Numbered from the stretch's first letter, positions 1 through 9,460 are shown. The stretch: 64,000 nt of DNA from an uncultured Helicobacteraceae bacterium (GCA_937973585.1 CALJKN010000192.1:28733-92732); one strand, 5' to 3'. A program made the numbers and translations. Notes: generated by a model from the sequence alone, not told the origin.

Positions 1-437
1 AGCGAAAATTCCCTCTCCATACATGTAAAGGTTAGACTTTTTTGATATCTGCCGTTTTTGACGTAGTTGTCGAAAAAATCTATCTCTCCAATTTTGTGAA
101 ACAAGGCGCTAAAGGTCGTCTGAGCGACGCTCAGGGTCGAATACCCCTTGACATTACAAACAGCGATATCGAGATTTTTACACCATTCTATGTCGATGTT
201 GTTGTATCCTGTGGCGGCTACGCAAACAAGTTTTAGACTTTTAGCCCCCTCTAAAACCTCTCTACCCAGTACAACCTTGTTTGTTATGACGACATCGGCC
301 TCTATGATCCGCTCCAAAACAGATTCGCTGCCCGTAGTGTTGAATTTTACAAAGCTATATCTATTGTCAAAATCACAAAAATCTACCGAGCCGAGTGTGT
401 CTGAATCTAGCAAAACAACGCTATATTTTTTTTCCAT
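1..437 (-). CDS. D-isomer-specific 2-hydroxyacid dehydrogenase (glycerate dehydrogenase-like), N-terminal part; 3' end runs off the window
   Basis: Absent from the ORF track because there is no stop inside the window. My reverse translation from ATG 437-435 gives MEKKYSVVLLDSDTLGSVDF...VVITNKVVLGREVLEGAKSLKLVCVAATGYNNIDIEWCKNLDIAVCNVKGYS, the substrate-domain pattern of this family. The ATG overlaps the cheB stop as TAATG. Confidence 0.6.
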   Translation of the reverse strand, partial: MEKKYSVVLLDSDTLGSVDFCDFDNRYSFVKFNTTGSESVLERIIEADVVITNKVVLGREVLEGAKSLKLVCVAATGYNNIDIEWCKNLDIAVCNVKGYSTLSVAQTTFSALFHKIGEIDFFDNYVKNGRYQKSLTFTCMEREFS

Positions 438-1474
438 TACCGAATTGACTCTGCCGTTTTGATGATTGTCTCCGCTACCCTCTCTAGCCTCACCTGTTTC
501 TCTACGGCTCCTAACTCGTATGCGACTTTAGGCATACCGTATACTATTGCACTTTCTTCGTCCTGTCCTATAGTTTTTGCCCCTATCTTTCTCATAGAGA
601 GTAACCCCTTTGCCCCATCAGCACCCATTCCGGTTAGTATCACTCCGATAGAGTTTGCCCCTGCCGTTTTGGCTACAGAATTAAAAAGGACATCGACGCT
701 AGGTCTGTGGCCGGATACTTTGTCTCCGGCTCCTATCTCTACATAGTATCTGGCACCCGAGCGTCTTAGAACCATGTGAAAATCGCCCGGTGCAATCAAA
801 GCTTTTCCTACACCCAAAAACTCACCGTTTTTTGCCTCTTTGACCTCTATGGCACATATTTCATTTAGCCTATCCGCAAATGATTTTGTAAAATTAGGGG
901 GCATATGTTGGACTATGACAATCCCGGGAATATTTGCCGGAAGTCTTGTCAAAACCTCTTTGATGGCCTCTGTACCCCCAGTAGATGCCCCTATGGCTAT
1001 TACCTTATCCGTCGTTTCACTAAGAGCCGAATATGAGAGTCTAGGCTCATTGGTATGTGGTCTTGCCTTATGGACTTTTGCTTTTGCGGCCGCTTTTACT
1101 TTTTCTATTATTTCCGCTTTTATCTCATCGATACCGTCATATATGTTTGAATGCGGTTTCGGGACAAAATCTACGGCTCCCGCCTCCAAGGCCTCTAGCG
1201 TAGTCCTTGCCCCTTTTTGGGTAAGCGAAGAGACCATAACAACCGGAGTCGGCATGTGCGTCATTAGCTTTTTTAAGAAAGTAATTCCGTCCATTCTGGG
1301 CATCTCAACATCTAGGCATACAACATCCGGACGTAGCTCCACTATCTTATCTCTGGCAACATAGGCATCCTGCGCTGTCCCTACAACCTCTATATCTTTA
1401 TCGGACTCCAAAACCTCTCTGACAACTGCTCTAGCCGTAGCACTGTCGTCAACTATCAAAACCTTGATGGCCAT
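437..1474 (-). CDS. cheB: Chemotaxis response regulator protein-glutamate methylesterase CheB
   Basis: 345 aa. N-terminal receiver (LIVDDS, DVEMPRMDG, SS..K) plus CheB esterase core (GASTGG, VQHMPPNFT, GMGADG). Confidence 0.9.
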   Translation of the reverse strand: MAIKVLIVDDSATARAVVREVLESDKDIEVVGTAQDAYVARDKIVELRPDVVCLDVEMPRMDGITFLKKLMTHMPTPVVMVSSLTQKGARTTLEALEAGAVDFVPKPHSNIYDGIDEIKAEIIEKVKAAAKAKVHKARPHTNEPRLSYSALSETTDKVIAIGASTGGTEAIKEVLTRLPANIPGIVIVQHMPPNFTKSFADRLNEICAIEVKEAKNGEFLGVGKALIAPGDFHMVLRRSGARYYVEIGAGDKVSGHRPSVDVLFNSVAKTAGANSIGVILTGMGADGAKGLLSMRKIGAKTIGQDEESAIVYGMPKVAYELGAVEKQVRLERVAETIIKTAESIR

Positions 1475-1479
1475 TTGTA

Positions 1480-1947
1480 TCAGGACTCCTTTTGTGGGCT
1501 AGAATATTTCATTAACACTTTTCCGGTATCGGTTCTCATCATAATTCTTCTTCCCGATGAACCGCCGGTATCTTCCGCCGTTACCCGTATTTTATACTCC
1601 GATAAAATCTCTTTGGCGGTTAGTATATTTCTTTTGCCAATCATCATATCTTCGCTTGATGAAAAATTGATACTAGCTCCACCGAATATCTTTGCCTCCA
1701 TATTTGAGGTGCTGCACCCTATATCGGTCATCGACTGAATCATTCTAGGAATCGATATGTTTCCAAATTTTGGACTTTGAAGGCCATTTCCATTCCAAAG
1801 CGGCAAAAGATAGTGGTTCATCCCACCTATCTGTCTGGCTTTGTCAAAAAGGCAAACTGCTACGCATGAACCGAGTACGGTAGAGATCTCGGTTGGATTA
1901 AAACCTATATGAATCTGGCCGACGTGAATAAATACTTTTTCGTACAT
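1480..1947 (-). CDS. cheD: Chemoreceptor glutamine deamidase CheD
   Basis: 155 aa. Contains LGSCVAVCLFD and GGMNHYLLP, the CheD catalytic Cys/His context. Confidence 0.85.
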   Translation of the reverse strand: MYEKVFIHVGQIHIGFNPTEISTVLGSCVAVCLFDKARQIGGMNHYLLPLWNGNGLQSPKFGNISIPRMIQSMTDIGCSTSNMEAKIFGGASINFSSSEDMMIGKRNILTAKEILSEYKIRVTAEDTGGSSGRRIMMRTDTGKVLMKYSSPQKES

Positions 1948-1965
1948 TTATGTTATTCCGCCGAC

Positions 1966-2853
1966 TTACATTTCGAATGCGTCGTCAAAATCTTCAAACA
2001 GAATATCGTTTCCGCCGCCGCTACCGCACTCCTGACACTCGTTTGCCAATGGAATCTCAACCTTAAATACGGTTTTACCGTGCTCACTATCGTAATCTAT
2101 CTCTCCGTCAAGCGCCTCAACCTCGCCTTTTACGACGCTAAGACCCAAGCCGAGTCCTGTTTTTGCCCTATTGACACCTTGATTAAACTGACTAAATCTA
2201 TTATAAACGAGCATTTTGTTATCAACACTAATCCCCTCCCCCTCATCTTCTACTTCGATATAGAGTTTTGTATCATCGTTTTTTAGTCTAACGGTAATAG
2301 TTTTATCCGGATATGTGTATTCGCACGCATTGGATAGGAGATTTGAGATAATAAGATATAGTTTTGAGGCATCGGAAATTATTTTTTCACTACAGTCGTT
2401 TTGCAGGACAATATTGATATTTTTGTCTTTTATGAGGTAGATAAAAGCCGATTTTGCATCACTTAGGATACTCTCAAAATTGATTTTTGTATAGTAGCTC
2501 TCGGTTTTTCCGGCTTCTATCTCGCTAGCGGCTATTATATTTTTAATCTGGAAATCAAGCCTCAAAATCTCCATATGGAGCATCTCGACAAGCTCGGTTG
2601 TTTTTTCCGGCTTTTTACCCGTTAGGACTATTGAGCAAATATTTAAAACCGATGATATCGGGTTATTGAATTCGTTTTTTATAAGGGATAAAAACTCGCT
2701 TTTTACCGAGTCTACCTCAATCAGTCTCTGGTTTAGGTCTATAAGTTTTTTATTTAAAAATTCAGATTCTTCGATTGAGGCGTTTTTCTCTTTAAATCTT
2801 CTCTCAATCTCTTGCAGTATCGATTCGTCGCTTAAATTGTGCAAATCTTGCAT
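1966..2853 (-). CDS. Histidine-kinase-like protein (DHp + GHKL ATPase) lacking the phospho-acceptor His; soluble, no sensor domain
   Basis: 295 aa. ATP-binding boxes are intact: N (LIISNLLSNACEYT), G1 (DEGEGIS), F (YNRFSQF), G2 (GLGLGLS). The H-box reads SEFLSLIKNEFNNPISSV, with Asn60 (AAC at 2676-2674) where SHE is expected. Acidic C-terminal tail NDILFEDFDDAFEM. Confidence 0.8.
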   Translation of the reverse strand: MQDLHNLSDESILQEIERRFKEKNASIEESEFLNKKLIDLNQRLIEVDSVKSEFLSLIKNEFNNPISSVLNICSIVLTGKKPEKTTELVEMLHMEILRLDFQIKNIIAASEIEAGKTESYYTKINFESILSDAKSAFIYLIKDKNINIVLQNDCSEKIISDASKLYLIISNLLSNACEYTYPDKTITVRLKNDDTKLYIEVEDEGEGISVDNKMLVYNRFSQFNQGVNRAKTGLGLGLSVVKGEVEALDGEIDYDSEHGKTVFKVEIPLANECQECGSGGGNDILFEDFDDAFEM

Positions 2854-2874
2854 ATTGACCCTTTGTTTGGTTTT

Positions 2875-3696
2875 TTATAGTTTTGTATAAATTGACGACT
2901 TGAGAAGTCCGAATTCGTGCTTATTTTCGGTTATGGCCTCCGAATCACCGATAACCAACAACCCACCTTTGTCAAGTAGTTTTGCGTACCTGCTGATTAA
3001 CGCTTTTTTTGTCGGATTATCAAAATAAATCATAACGTTTCGGCAAAAAATAATGTCAAATTTGTTTTTAAAAATCGTAAAATCACCCGTCACGAGATTA
3101 AAACTTCTAAAAACAATATCGGACTTTAGCTCGTCTTTGACGGCGTACTGTAACCCATTGGCTGTTCTATGTTTGTCAAAATATTTTTGCAGCTGTGTAG
3201 ATGAAATACCGGATATATCCTTTTCGGCATACTCTCCCCTGACCCCTTTTGACATGGCTTTATGTGAAATATCGGTAGCAAGTATCTTGATATCTCTTTG
3301 TGAGAAATCTTTTAGGTTATCCCTCAAAAACATAGAAATAGTATACGGCTCTTCGCCGCTAGAACAAGCTGCCGACCAGATCCTGATTTTTTGTTTTTTA
3401 CCGAATATCTTCTCCATATTCTCTTTTAAATACTGCCACTGCTGCGGGGAGCGAAAAAAAGAGGTGACATTTGTGGAGATTGCGTTTATAAAATCTATAA
3501 ACTCATCCTCTCCCTCTTTAGAATTTAAAAAACGGTAATACTCACTAAAAGTCTTAAAGCCGAAATGTTTTAATCTTTTGTGTAGTCTACCCTTTACCAT
3601 TACCGATTTTTGTTCGGATAGGGCAATCCCTACCCTCTTGTAAACAAATGAACGGATTTTTTCAAACTCTTCGTTTGTTATCTCTATGTCAAGCAT
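2875..3696 (-). CDS. cheR: Chemotaxis protein methyltransferase CheR
   Basis: 273 aa. N-terminal helical CheR domain plus SAM-MTase motifs (IWSAACSSGEEPYT, IFCRNVMIYF). Confidence 0.9.
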   Translation of the reverse strand: MLDIEITNEEFEKIRSFVYKRVGIALSEQKSVMVKGRLHKRLKHFGFKTFSEYYRFLNSKEGEDEFIDFINAISTNVTSFFRSPQQWQYLKENMEKIFGKKQKIRIWSAACSSGEEPYTISMFLRDNLKDFSQRDIKILATDISHKAMSKGVRGEYAEKDISGISSTQLQKYFDKHRTANGLQYAVKDELKSDIVFRSFNLVTGDFTIFKNKFDIIFCRNVMIYFDNPTKKALISRYAKLLDKGGLLVIGDSEAITENKHEFGLLKSSIYTKL

Positions 3697-3699
3697 TAA

Positions 3700-5832
3700 T
3701 TATTTGTCCGACTCGGAGCATAGCCCGTCAATATTCAAAATCAAGGCTATATCGCCGTTGCCCAAAATCGCCCCGCCGGATATCTCACGTATTTTTGCCA
3801 TAGAGCGTCCGAGGCTTTTGATAACAACCTGTTGGCGACCAAGTAAGGCATCTACCAAAATAGCAAATCTACCACGCTCAGAATCTACGCATACAAGTGT
3901 GCTCTCCCAAATTTGTGGCCTGTGCGGAGTTTTTACGTCAAGTGCCTCATCTAATCTAATAACCGGAATCTGCTCCCCTCTTAGGTTTACAAACTCACCA
4001 CGCCCTTTTAACATATGGACTATCTCTTTTTGCGGGACAAACGACTCTACTACGCTAAGCGTTGGGATGATGAACGTCTCAGCACCGCTTTTAACCAACA
4101 TTCCATCAATAATTGCAAGCGTGAGCGGCAATATGATAGAAAAAGTACTACCGTAGCCTATTTCGCTGTCTATCTCAACTTTGCCCCGTAGCTTTTCTAT
4201 AGATGTCTTAACAACGTCAAGGCCGACACCTCTGCCGGATATATCACTAATTGTTTTTGCAGTGGAAAAACCGGGTTGCATGATAAGCGAGAATATCTGC
4301 TGGTCGGTCAGGGTGTCGTTTGGATCGACAAGACCTCTTTCTATCCCTTTTTTTAAGACCGCTTCCTTGTCGATACCCCTACCGTCGTCGGAGATTGCGA
4401 TAATAATATTTCCGCTTTTATGAAACGCTCTCAGGGATATCGTCCCATCTCTCTCTTTCCCTTTTGCTTCCCTCTCATCATTGCTATCCTCTAGCCCGTG
4501 GTCGATAGCATTTCGTATCATATGTACGATAGGATCAGATAGGGAGTCGATCATTGTTTTATCAATCTCTGTCTCTTCACCCTGAATAACCAATTTGATA
4601 TCTTTGCCGGTTTTTTTGGCCGTATCTCTGGCCACCCGTTTCATCTTCTCAAATGTATCCCTGATAGCAACCATCCTAAGAGACATAACTCTGTCTTGAA
4701 TCGTCTTCGTGATTTTAGAGAGCGTCTCTATCGTTTTGTTTATATTTGAGTCACCAAGATCTTTTATCTTTTCATTCTGAGCGATAAAGTTCTGGGCGAT
4801 AACAAGCTCCCCTACGGTGTCGAAAAGCTCATCCAGTTTTGCCGTGTCAATTTTGATATACGACTTTTGGGCTGACTCCTCTTTTTTTACAACTGAAGAT
4901 GTCTGTTGTTTGCTCTCAGGTAGTTTACTTGCCTGCTCCTGCTCTTCAATCTTTTTTGGTGCATCGCCTTGTGGTTTTATCTCCTCTTTTACTGCGGCTA
5001 TTTCTGCCGCTTTTGCCTCTATTGCCCTTATTGCATATTCGTGCTCGAATAAAAATTCAAAAATCTCAGATATCTCAGCCTCCGGCTTCTCAGAAGCGAG
5101 AAGAACAGATACTAATGGAAGATATGAGTCCTCGGCTGCAAATTCCGAGAGTTTCGGGACGTGCTCCATGTCCCAATATGTATGGAGTATATCGCCGACA
5201 TCGGATAGCATCTTCAAAAATACGATATGGTCATAGCCTCTAAAATATATATCTTTGTCAAATATAAAATCTACCGCATATAGAGTTTTGCCGTCTATAT
5301 GGTATTTTTGCCCATCAGCCGATATCTTTTGCTTTATCCTCTGGGCACACTCTAGTCCGCTCGAATCTTCGCCAATTTGAACTTCGTTGGCGCTAAATTC
5401 AGATGCTAAATCTTTTAGCGGCGGTTCGTCTTTTGTAGCCTTGGCACTTCCGCCGTCAAGTAAAGCGATAATGGCAGACAGACACTCGTCATAGTTTTCC
5501 GGTAGTCCGTCCGATTCGGCAACCTCGTAATTTAACGTCTCTTTTATTACGTCTACCGATTTTAGCAACGTATCAACGGCTGATTCCGGAACTACGGCAC
5601 CGGGGCTTCTATAGTTATCTAGCAAATCCTCAAAATGATGGACAAAGCCGCCGAGTCTGGTAAACCCAAACGCATTGGCATTCCCTTTTAGGGTATGAAC
5701 ACCACGAAAAAGCTCATTGATTAGCTCTTTATTTCCTGTATCAGACTCAAAATCCACAATATCGGCATCGAGTTTTTCGATAATCTCGGAGGCCTCTTCG
5801 ATGAATATATTTTTTAACTGCTCTTTATTCAT
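3700..5832 (-). CDS. cheA: Chemotaxis histidine kinase CheA
   Basis: HPt (FRGVHTLKGNANAFGF), dimerisation region, HATPase boxes (HMIRNAIDHG, DDGRGID, GRGVGLDVV) and a C-terminal CheW-like domain. I prefer ATG 5832 (MNKEQLKNIF) to the track start 5871, which would overlap the upstream gene by 47 nt. Confidence 0.9.
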   Translation of the reverse strand: MNKEQLKNIFIEEASEIIEKLDADIVDFESDTGNKELINELFRGVHTLKGNANAFGFTRLGGFVHHFEDLLDNYRSPGAVVPESAVDTLLKSVDVIKETLNYEVAESDGLPENYDECLSAIIALLDGGSAKATKDEPPLKDLASEFSANEVQIGEDSSGLECAQRIKQKISADGQKYHIDGKTLYAVDFIFDKDIYFRGYDHIVFLKMLSDVGDILHTYWDMEHVPKLSEFAAEDSYLPLVSVLLASEKPEAEISEIFEFLFEHEYAIRAIEAKAAEIAAVKEEIKPQGDAPKKIEEQEQASKLPESKQQTSSVVKKEESAQKSYIKIDTAKLDELFDTVGELVIAQNFIAQNEKIKDLGDSNINKTIETLSKITKTIQDRVMSLRMVAIRDTFEKMKRVARDTAKKTGKDIKLVIQGEETEIDKTMIDSLSDPIVHMIRNAIDHGLEDSNDEREAKGKERDGTISLRAFHKSGNIIIAISDDGRGIDKEAVLKKGIERGLVDPNDTLTDQQIFSLIMQPGFSTAKTISDISGRGVGLDVVKTSIEKLRGKVEIDSEIGYGSTFSIILPLTLAIIDGMLVKSGAETFIIPTLSVVESFVPQKEIVHMLKGRGEFVNLRGEQIPVIRLDEALDVKTPHRPQIWESTLVCVDSERGRFAILVDALLGRQQVVIKSLGRSMAKIREISGGAILGNGDIALILNIDGLCSESDK

Positions 5833-6094
5833 GGCATATCCATTCAGCTTTTCCGAGTTTTTTAAAATCAAATCCTCCGCCGTCTATAAACGGTATCTTG
5901 ATGTTGGATTTTGTTTTTTTGAGACTCACCAAAAAAGCGATAAGGGCTGACGACAGGGGCATCTCATCGTCGCCGCCCTCAAAACCGACCTCTTCTATAT
6001 ATTCAAGACGAGGCAGAACAAACTTTTTTAGCTCATCGATATCTGCCTGCGTCATATCTAACGATATGTTTAGTCTATCACCGTCTATTTGCAT
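5825..6094 (-). CDS. Small STAS-like (anti-sigma-antagonist fold) protein
   Basis: 89 aa. The beta-alpha pattern and the segment DDEMPLSSALIAFLVSLKK align by eye with the SpoIIAA-type fMDSSGLGvil helix start. Its stop overlaps the cheA ATG by 8 nt (ATGAATAA), and its start lies 2 nt after the MCP-1 stop. Confidence 0.5.
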   Translation of the reverse strand: MQIDGDRLNISLDMTQADIDELKKFVLPRLEYIEEVGFEGGDDEMPLSSALIAFLVSLKKTKSNIKIPFIDGGGFDFKKLGKAEWICHE

Positions 6095-6096
6095 AT

Positions 6097-6963
6097 TTAA
6101 AACTCTTTCAAATCGCTTTCATCTAACGGAAATATCTCATCCGCATCTTTTCTGCCTTGTGCAGGTTTTGCTTTTGCCGTTACGACAGGTCTATGTGATA
6201 CCTGTCTTATCTCTTTTTTTATAGGAGAAGATTGTTTGCTTACAGACTTCGGTGCTGAGTGTGGGTGATGTGAATCAACATCAATCCCGACTATTTTAGC
6301 AAGAGCCGCTACGGCTTCCAAGGCCGCTACGGCTTGTGCATTAAGCTCTTCCGATGCTGCTGCTGCCTCTTCCGAGTTTGCCGCTACCTGTTGGGTTACC
6401 TGATCTATCTGACCCATTGCGCTGTTTAGCTGTGTTAAACCCTCGGTTTGTTCTCTGCTTGACATTGCAACTTCGCCGATTAGGTCTGATACTTTTTTTG
6501 CTTTGTCTTCGATGTCTCTAAACGAGTTACTGGCTAGATTGGCTATCTCTGAACCTTTTTTGATTTGACCTACAGCTTCTTCGATGACTACGGCCGTCTC
6601 TTTTGCACTATTAGCCGCTCTTTGTGCAAGGTTTCTAACCTCATCGGCAACAACCGCAAATCCTAGTCCGTGCTCCCCTGCCCTTGCTGCCTCCACTGCT
6701 GCGTTTAGCGCTAGTAGGTTTACTTGAAATGCTATCTGGTCTATTGTTTTTACTATGTTTGCTATTTTTGCAGCCGATTCGGTAACCTCTTGCATAGAAC
6801 CTACAAGCTCTTCACCTTTGCTTAGACCCTCTTTTGCCGCTTTGTTTGCCTCTTTTGCCAATATATCTGCCTGTCTGGCGTTTTCAGTATTAGATGTAAC
6901 GCTAGCCGTAGTCTCTTCGAGGGTAGCACTAACCTCTTCAACGCTACTTGCCTGCTCTGATGC
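6097..6963 (-). repeat. Copy A of an 867-bp direct repeat (3' part of MCP-1)
   Basis: Block-by-block comparison by eye with 7788-8654 (offset 1691) found no mismatch. Identity starts exactly at the stop codon and ends at 6963. Confidence 0.85.
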
Positions 6964-7755
6964 ACCTTGCGCCAAAGAGGTAGAACTAGATGCTACCTGA
7001 TCGGCGGCAGAGGTGATTTGTAATGCACCTTCGTTTATAGTGGTGACCGCTTCTGTGATTGAGCGTGTTACGGAGCGGATGATGAGGGCGGCCAAGATAA
7101 TAGATATGACTATAACTACCGAAGCCGATACGCCTACAGAGTTTCTGGATGAAGATGCTTCCCCATAGGCCGTATCCACAACCTCTTTTATTTTTGACTC
7201 TCTTCTGTCAAGTAGTTTATTGAGCGCTGAACCCATTGCATCTGACACCGGTATCATATGCGATACCTCTGCTTTATATGTCACGAAAAGCTCTTTTTGT
7301 ATATTTGGATCTTTATTCTCTGATAATTTTTTTATCACAGAATCTATTTGAGCATATTCGCTTCTCCAAGCTTTATACTTTTCGGTAAAATCTGCAAAAT
7401 CTTTTTTGCCGTTCTCTGTTGCAATTAAACTTTCATATGTTTTCATATGCTTTTCGAAAATAGACCACGATTTTTCTCTCTGATCTAAAACTTTAGCAAA
7501 TGAGGCTTGTGCATTATAATTTAACTCATGCTCATAGACGGAAAGTGTTTGCGCCCTGATAACAAGTCTCTCCCTGTCCATTTTTAGTGCGGCGGTACTC
7601 TGAACAACTTCTTTTTTACCAATACCTTCAACATCTTCTATCCACCCGTTAGCGCCAGAAAATCCTTTGTAGGACAAAAAAGCTATCCCCGCCAACATAA
7701 AAACGGTAAGTAACATTAGCTTGGTTCTTAAAACCATATTATCTAGCCAACCCAT
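6097..7755 (-). CDS. Methyl-accepting chemotaxis protein (MCP-1)
   Basis: 552 aa. TM1, a roughly 170-aa periplasmic helical sensor, TM2, and a signalling domain with the hairpin motif [23 protein letters not shown]. Long tail ending [14 protein letters not shown]. Confidence 0.9.
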   Translation of the reverse strand: MGWLDNMVLRTKLMLLTVFMLAGIAFLSYKGFSGANGWIEDVEGIGKKEVVQSTAALKMDRERLVIRAQTLSVYEHELNYNAQASFAKVLDQREKSWSIFEKHMKTYESLIATENGKKDFADFTEKYKAWRSEYAQIDSVIKKLSENKDPNIQKELFVTYKAEVSHMIPVSDAMGSALNKLLDRRESKIKEVVDTAYGEASSSRNSVGVSASVVIVISIILAALIIRSVTRSITEAVTTINEGALQITSAADQVASSSTSLAQGASEQASSVEEVSATLEETTASVTSNTENARQADILAKEANKAAKEGLSKGEELVGSMQEVTESAAKIANIVKTIDQIAFQVNLLALNAAVEAARAGEHGLGFAVVADEVRNLAQRAANSAKETAVVIEEAVGQIKKGSEIANLASNSFRDIEDKAKKVSDLIGEVAMSSREQTEGLTQLNSAMGQIDQVTQQVAANSEEAAAASEELNAQAVAALEAVAALAKIVGIDVDSHHPHSAPKSVSKQSSPIKKEIRQVSHRPVVTAKAKPAQGRKDADEIFPLDESDLKEF

Positions 7756-7787
7756 AGAAATTCCCCCCTCTTCTTGCGCTTATTTTC

Positions 7788-8654
7788 TTAAAACTCTTTC
7801 AAATCGCTTTCATCTAACGGAAATATCTCATCCGCATCTTTTCTGCCTTGTGCAGGTTTTGCTTTTGCCGTTACGACAGGTCTATGTGATACCTGTCTTA
7901 TCTCTTTTTTTATAGGAGAAGATTGTTTGCTTACAGACTTCGGTGCTGAGTGTGGGTGATGTGAATCAACATCAATCCCGACTATTTTAGCAAGAGCCGC
8001 TACGGCTTCCAAGGCCGCTACGGCTTGTGCATTAAGCTCTTCCGATGCTGCTGCTGCCTCTTCCGAGTTTGCCGCTACCTGTTGGGTTACCTGATCTATC
8101 TGACCCATTGCGCTGTTTAGCTGTGTTAAACCCTCGGTTTGTTCTCTGCTTGACATTGCAACTTCGCCGATTAGGTCTGATACTTTTTTTGCTTTGTCTT
8201 CGATGTCTCTAAACGAGTTACTGGCTAGATTGGCTATCTCTGAACCTTTTTTGATTTGACCTACAGCTTCTTCGATGACTACGGCCGTCTCTTTTGCACT
8301 ATTAGCCGCTCTTTGTGCAAGGTTTCTAACCTCATCGGCAACAACCGCAAATCCTAGTCCGTGCTCCCCTGCCCTTGCTGCCTCCACTGCTGCGTTTAGC
8401 GCTAGTAGGTTTACTTGAAATGCTATCTGGTCTATTGTTTTTACTATGTTTGCTATTTTTGCAGCCGATTCGGTAACCTCTTGCATAGAACCTACAAGCT
8501 CTTCACCTTTGCTTAGACCCTCTTTTGCCGCTTTGTTTGCCTCTTTTGCCAATATATCTGCCTGTCTGGCGTTTTCAGTATTAGATGTAACGCTAGCCGT
8601 AGTCTCTTCGAGGGTAGCACTAACCTCTTCAACGCTACTTGCCTGCTCTGATGC
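7788..8654 (-). repeat. Copy B of the 867-bp direct repeat (3' part of MCP-2)
   Basis: See copy A. The first mismatch is 8655 (c) versus 6964 (a). Confidence 0.85.
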
Positions 8655-9449
8655 CCCTTGTGCCAAAGAGGTAGAGCTAGATGCAACTTGGTCTGCGGCA
8701 GATGTTATTTGCAAAGCACCCTCATTGATTGTGGTGACTGCTTCTGTTATTGAGCGGGTTACGGAGCGGATTATTAGGATGGAGAGCGAAACACCTATAA
8801 AAAGAGCCGTCAACACTACGACAATAGAGATATTTCTATACTCGCCGGAATCGCTTATTGCTTGCGAAACCATTGTCTCTGCACCTTTTTTGCTAATATC
8901 TAACATAACGGTAATCTCTTTAAAGCCGGCCTCTCTTACGGGGCGCATTTTTTCTATCATCGGCGTTATGCGTAAAAATAACTCCGATACTACCTTTTGG
9001 TCGTTTTCTTTAGAGATAGGCTCCAAGGCAGATGCAACAAGCTCGTCATTTAGTTTTTTCCATTCGGCGTATATTTTTTTAAATTCTTGCCAACTTTTCT
9101 CCTCCTCAGGGGTTCTCGGCAAAGGTTCGTATGTTTTCCACCCTTTTTCGATAGTCTCAAATCCGGCTTTGAATTTTGCTATAGAGTCAAGCATTTTACT
9201 TTTGTAGTCTGAATCACCGGCAAGACCTCGCACCCTATTGGCTTGAACGGCTACCTGATACACACCGTCTTTGATTGTATAAAGACCGTCAAGAGAGGGG
9301 AGATTATTTTTACCTATCTCCGTAGTCTGCATCGCCCATTTATCGACTCCGCTATAGACTATCGCACCTAACACCAAAAAACCAATAACCATCACTAACG
9401 TCAAAAGCACCAACTTGCTTTTCAAAACCATATTATCAAGCCAACCCAC
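7788..9449 (-). CDS. Methyl-accepting chemotaxis protein (MCP-2), GTG start
   Basis: 553 aa. Same topology as MCP-1. The C-terminal ~328 aa are identical to MCP-1 while the periplasmic sensor is unrelated in sequence. GGGGAA RBS lies upstream of GTG 9449. Confidence 0.9.
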   Translation of the reverse strand: MGWLDNMVLKSKLVLLTLVMVIGFLVLGAIVYSGVDKWAMQTTEIGKNNLPSLDGLYTIKDGVYQVAVQANRVRGLAGDSDYKSKMLDSIAKFKAGFETIEKGWKTYEPLPRTPEEEKSWQEFKKIYAEWKKLNDELVASALEPISKENDQKVVSELFLRITPMIEKMRPVREAGFKEITVMLDISKKGAETMVSQAISDSGEYRNISIVVVLTALFIGVSLSILIIRSVTRSITEAVTTINEGALQITSAADQVASSSTSLAQGASEQASSVEEVSATLEETTASVTSNTENARQADILAKEANKAAKEGLSKGEELVGSMQEVTESAAKIANIVKTIDQIAFQVNLLALNAAVEAARAGEHGLGFAVVADEVRNLAQRAANSAKETAVVIEEAVGQIKKGSEIANLASNSFRDIEDKAKKVSDLIGEVAMSSREQTEGLTQLNSAMGQIDQVTQQVAANSEEAAAASEELNAQAVAALEAVAALAKIVGIDVDSHHPHSAPKSVSKQSSPIKKEIRQVSHRPVVTAKAKPAQGRKDADEIFPLDESDLKEF

Positions 9450-9460
9450 CGTTTCCCCTT

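Noticed and set aside
459-1364. Plus-strand track ORFs antisense to cheB (459..746, 840..1364). Similar long antisense ORFs occur elsewhere: 3053..3538, 3686..4156, 8446..9207 (253 aa), 33897..34415, 46192..46935 (247 aa), 62936..63628 (230 aa).
   Set aside because: Each lies opposite a gene with unmistakable family motifs. Their translations are low-complexity S/F/L/I/P-rich strings with no recognisable motif. These are shadow ORFs, typical of the antisense strand of AT-rich coding DNA.
6097-8654. The 867-bp repeat pair considered as an IS element, MITE or CRISPR-like array.
   Set aside because: There are only two copies. Both lie entirely inside intact MCP reading frames, starting exactly at the stop codons, with no terminal inverted repeats or transposase. 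This is a tandem gene duplication with conversion.
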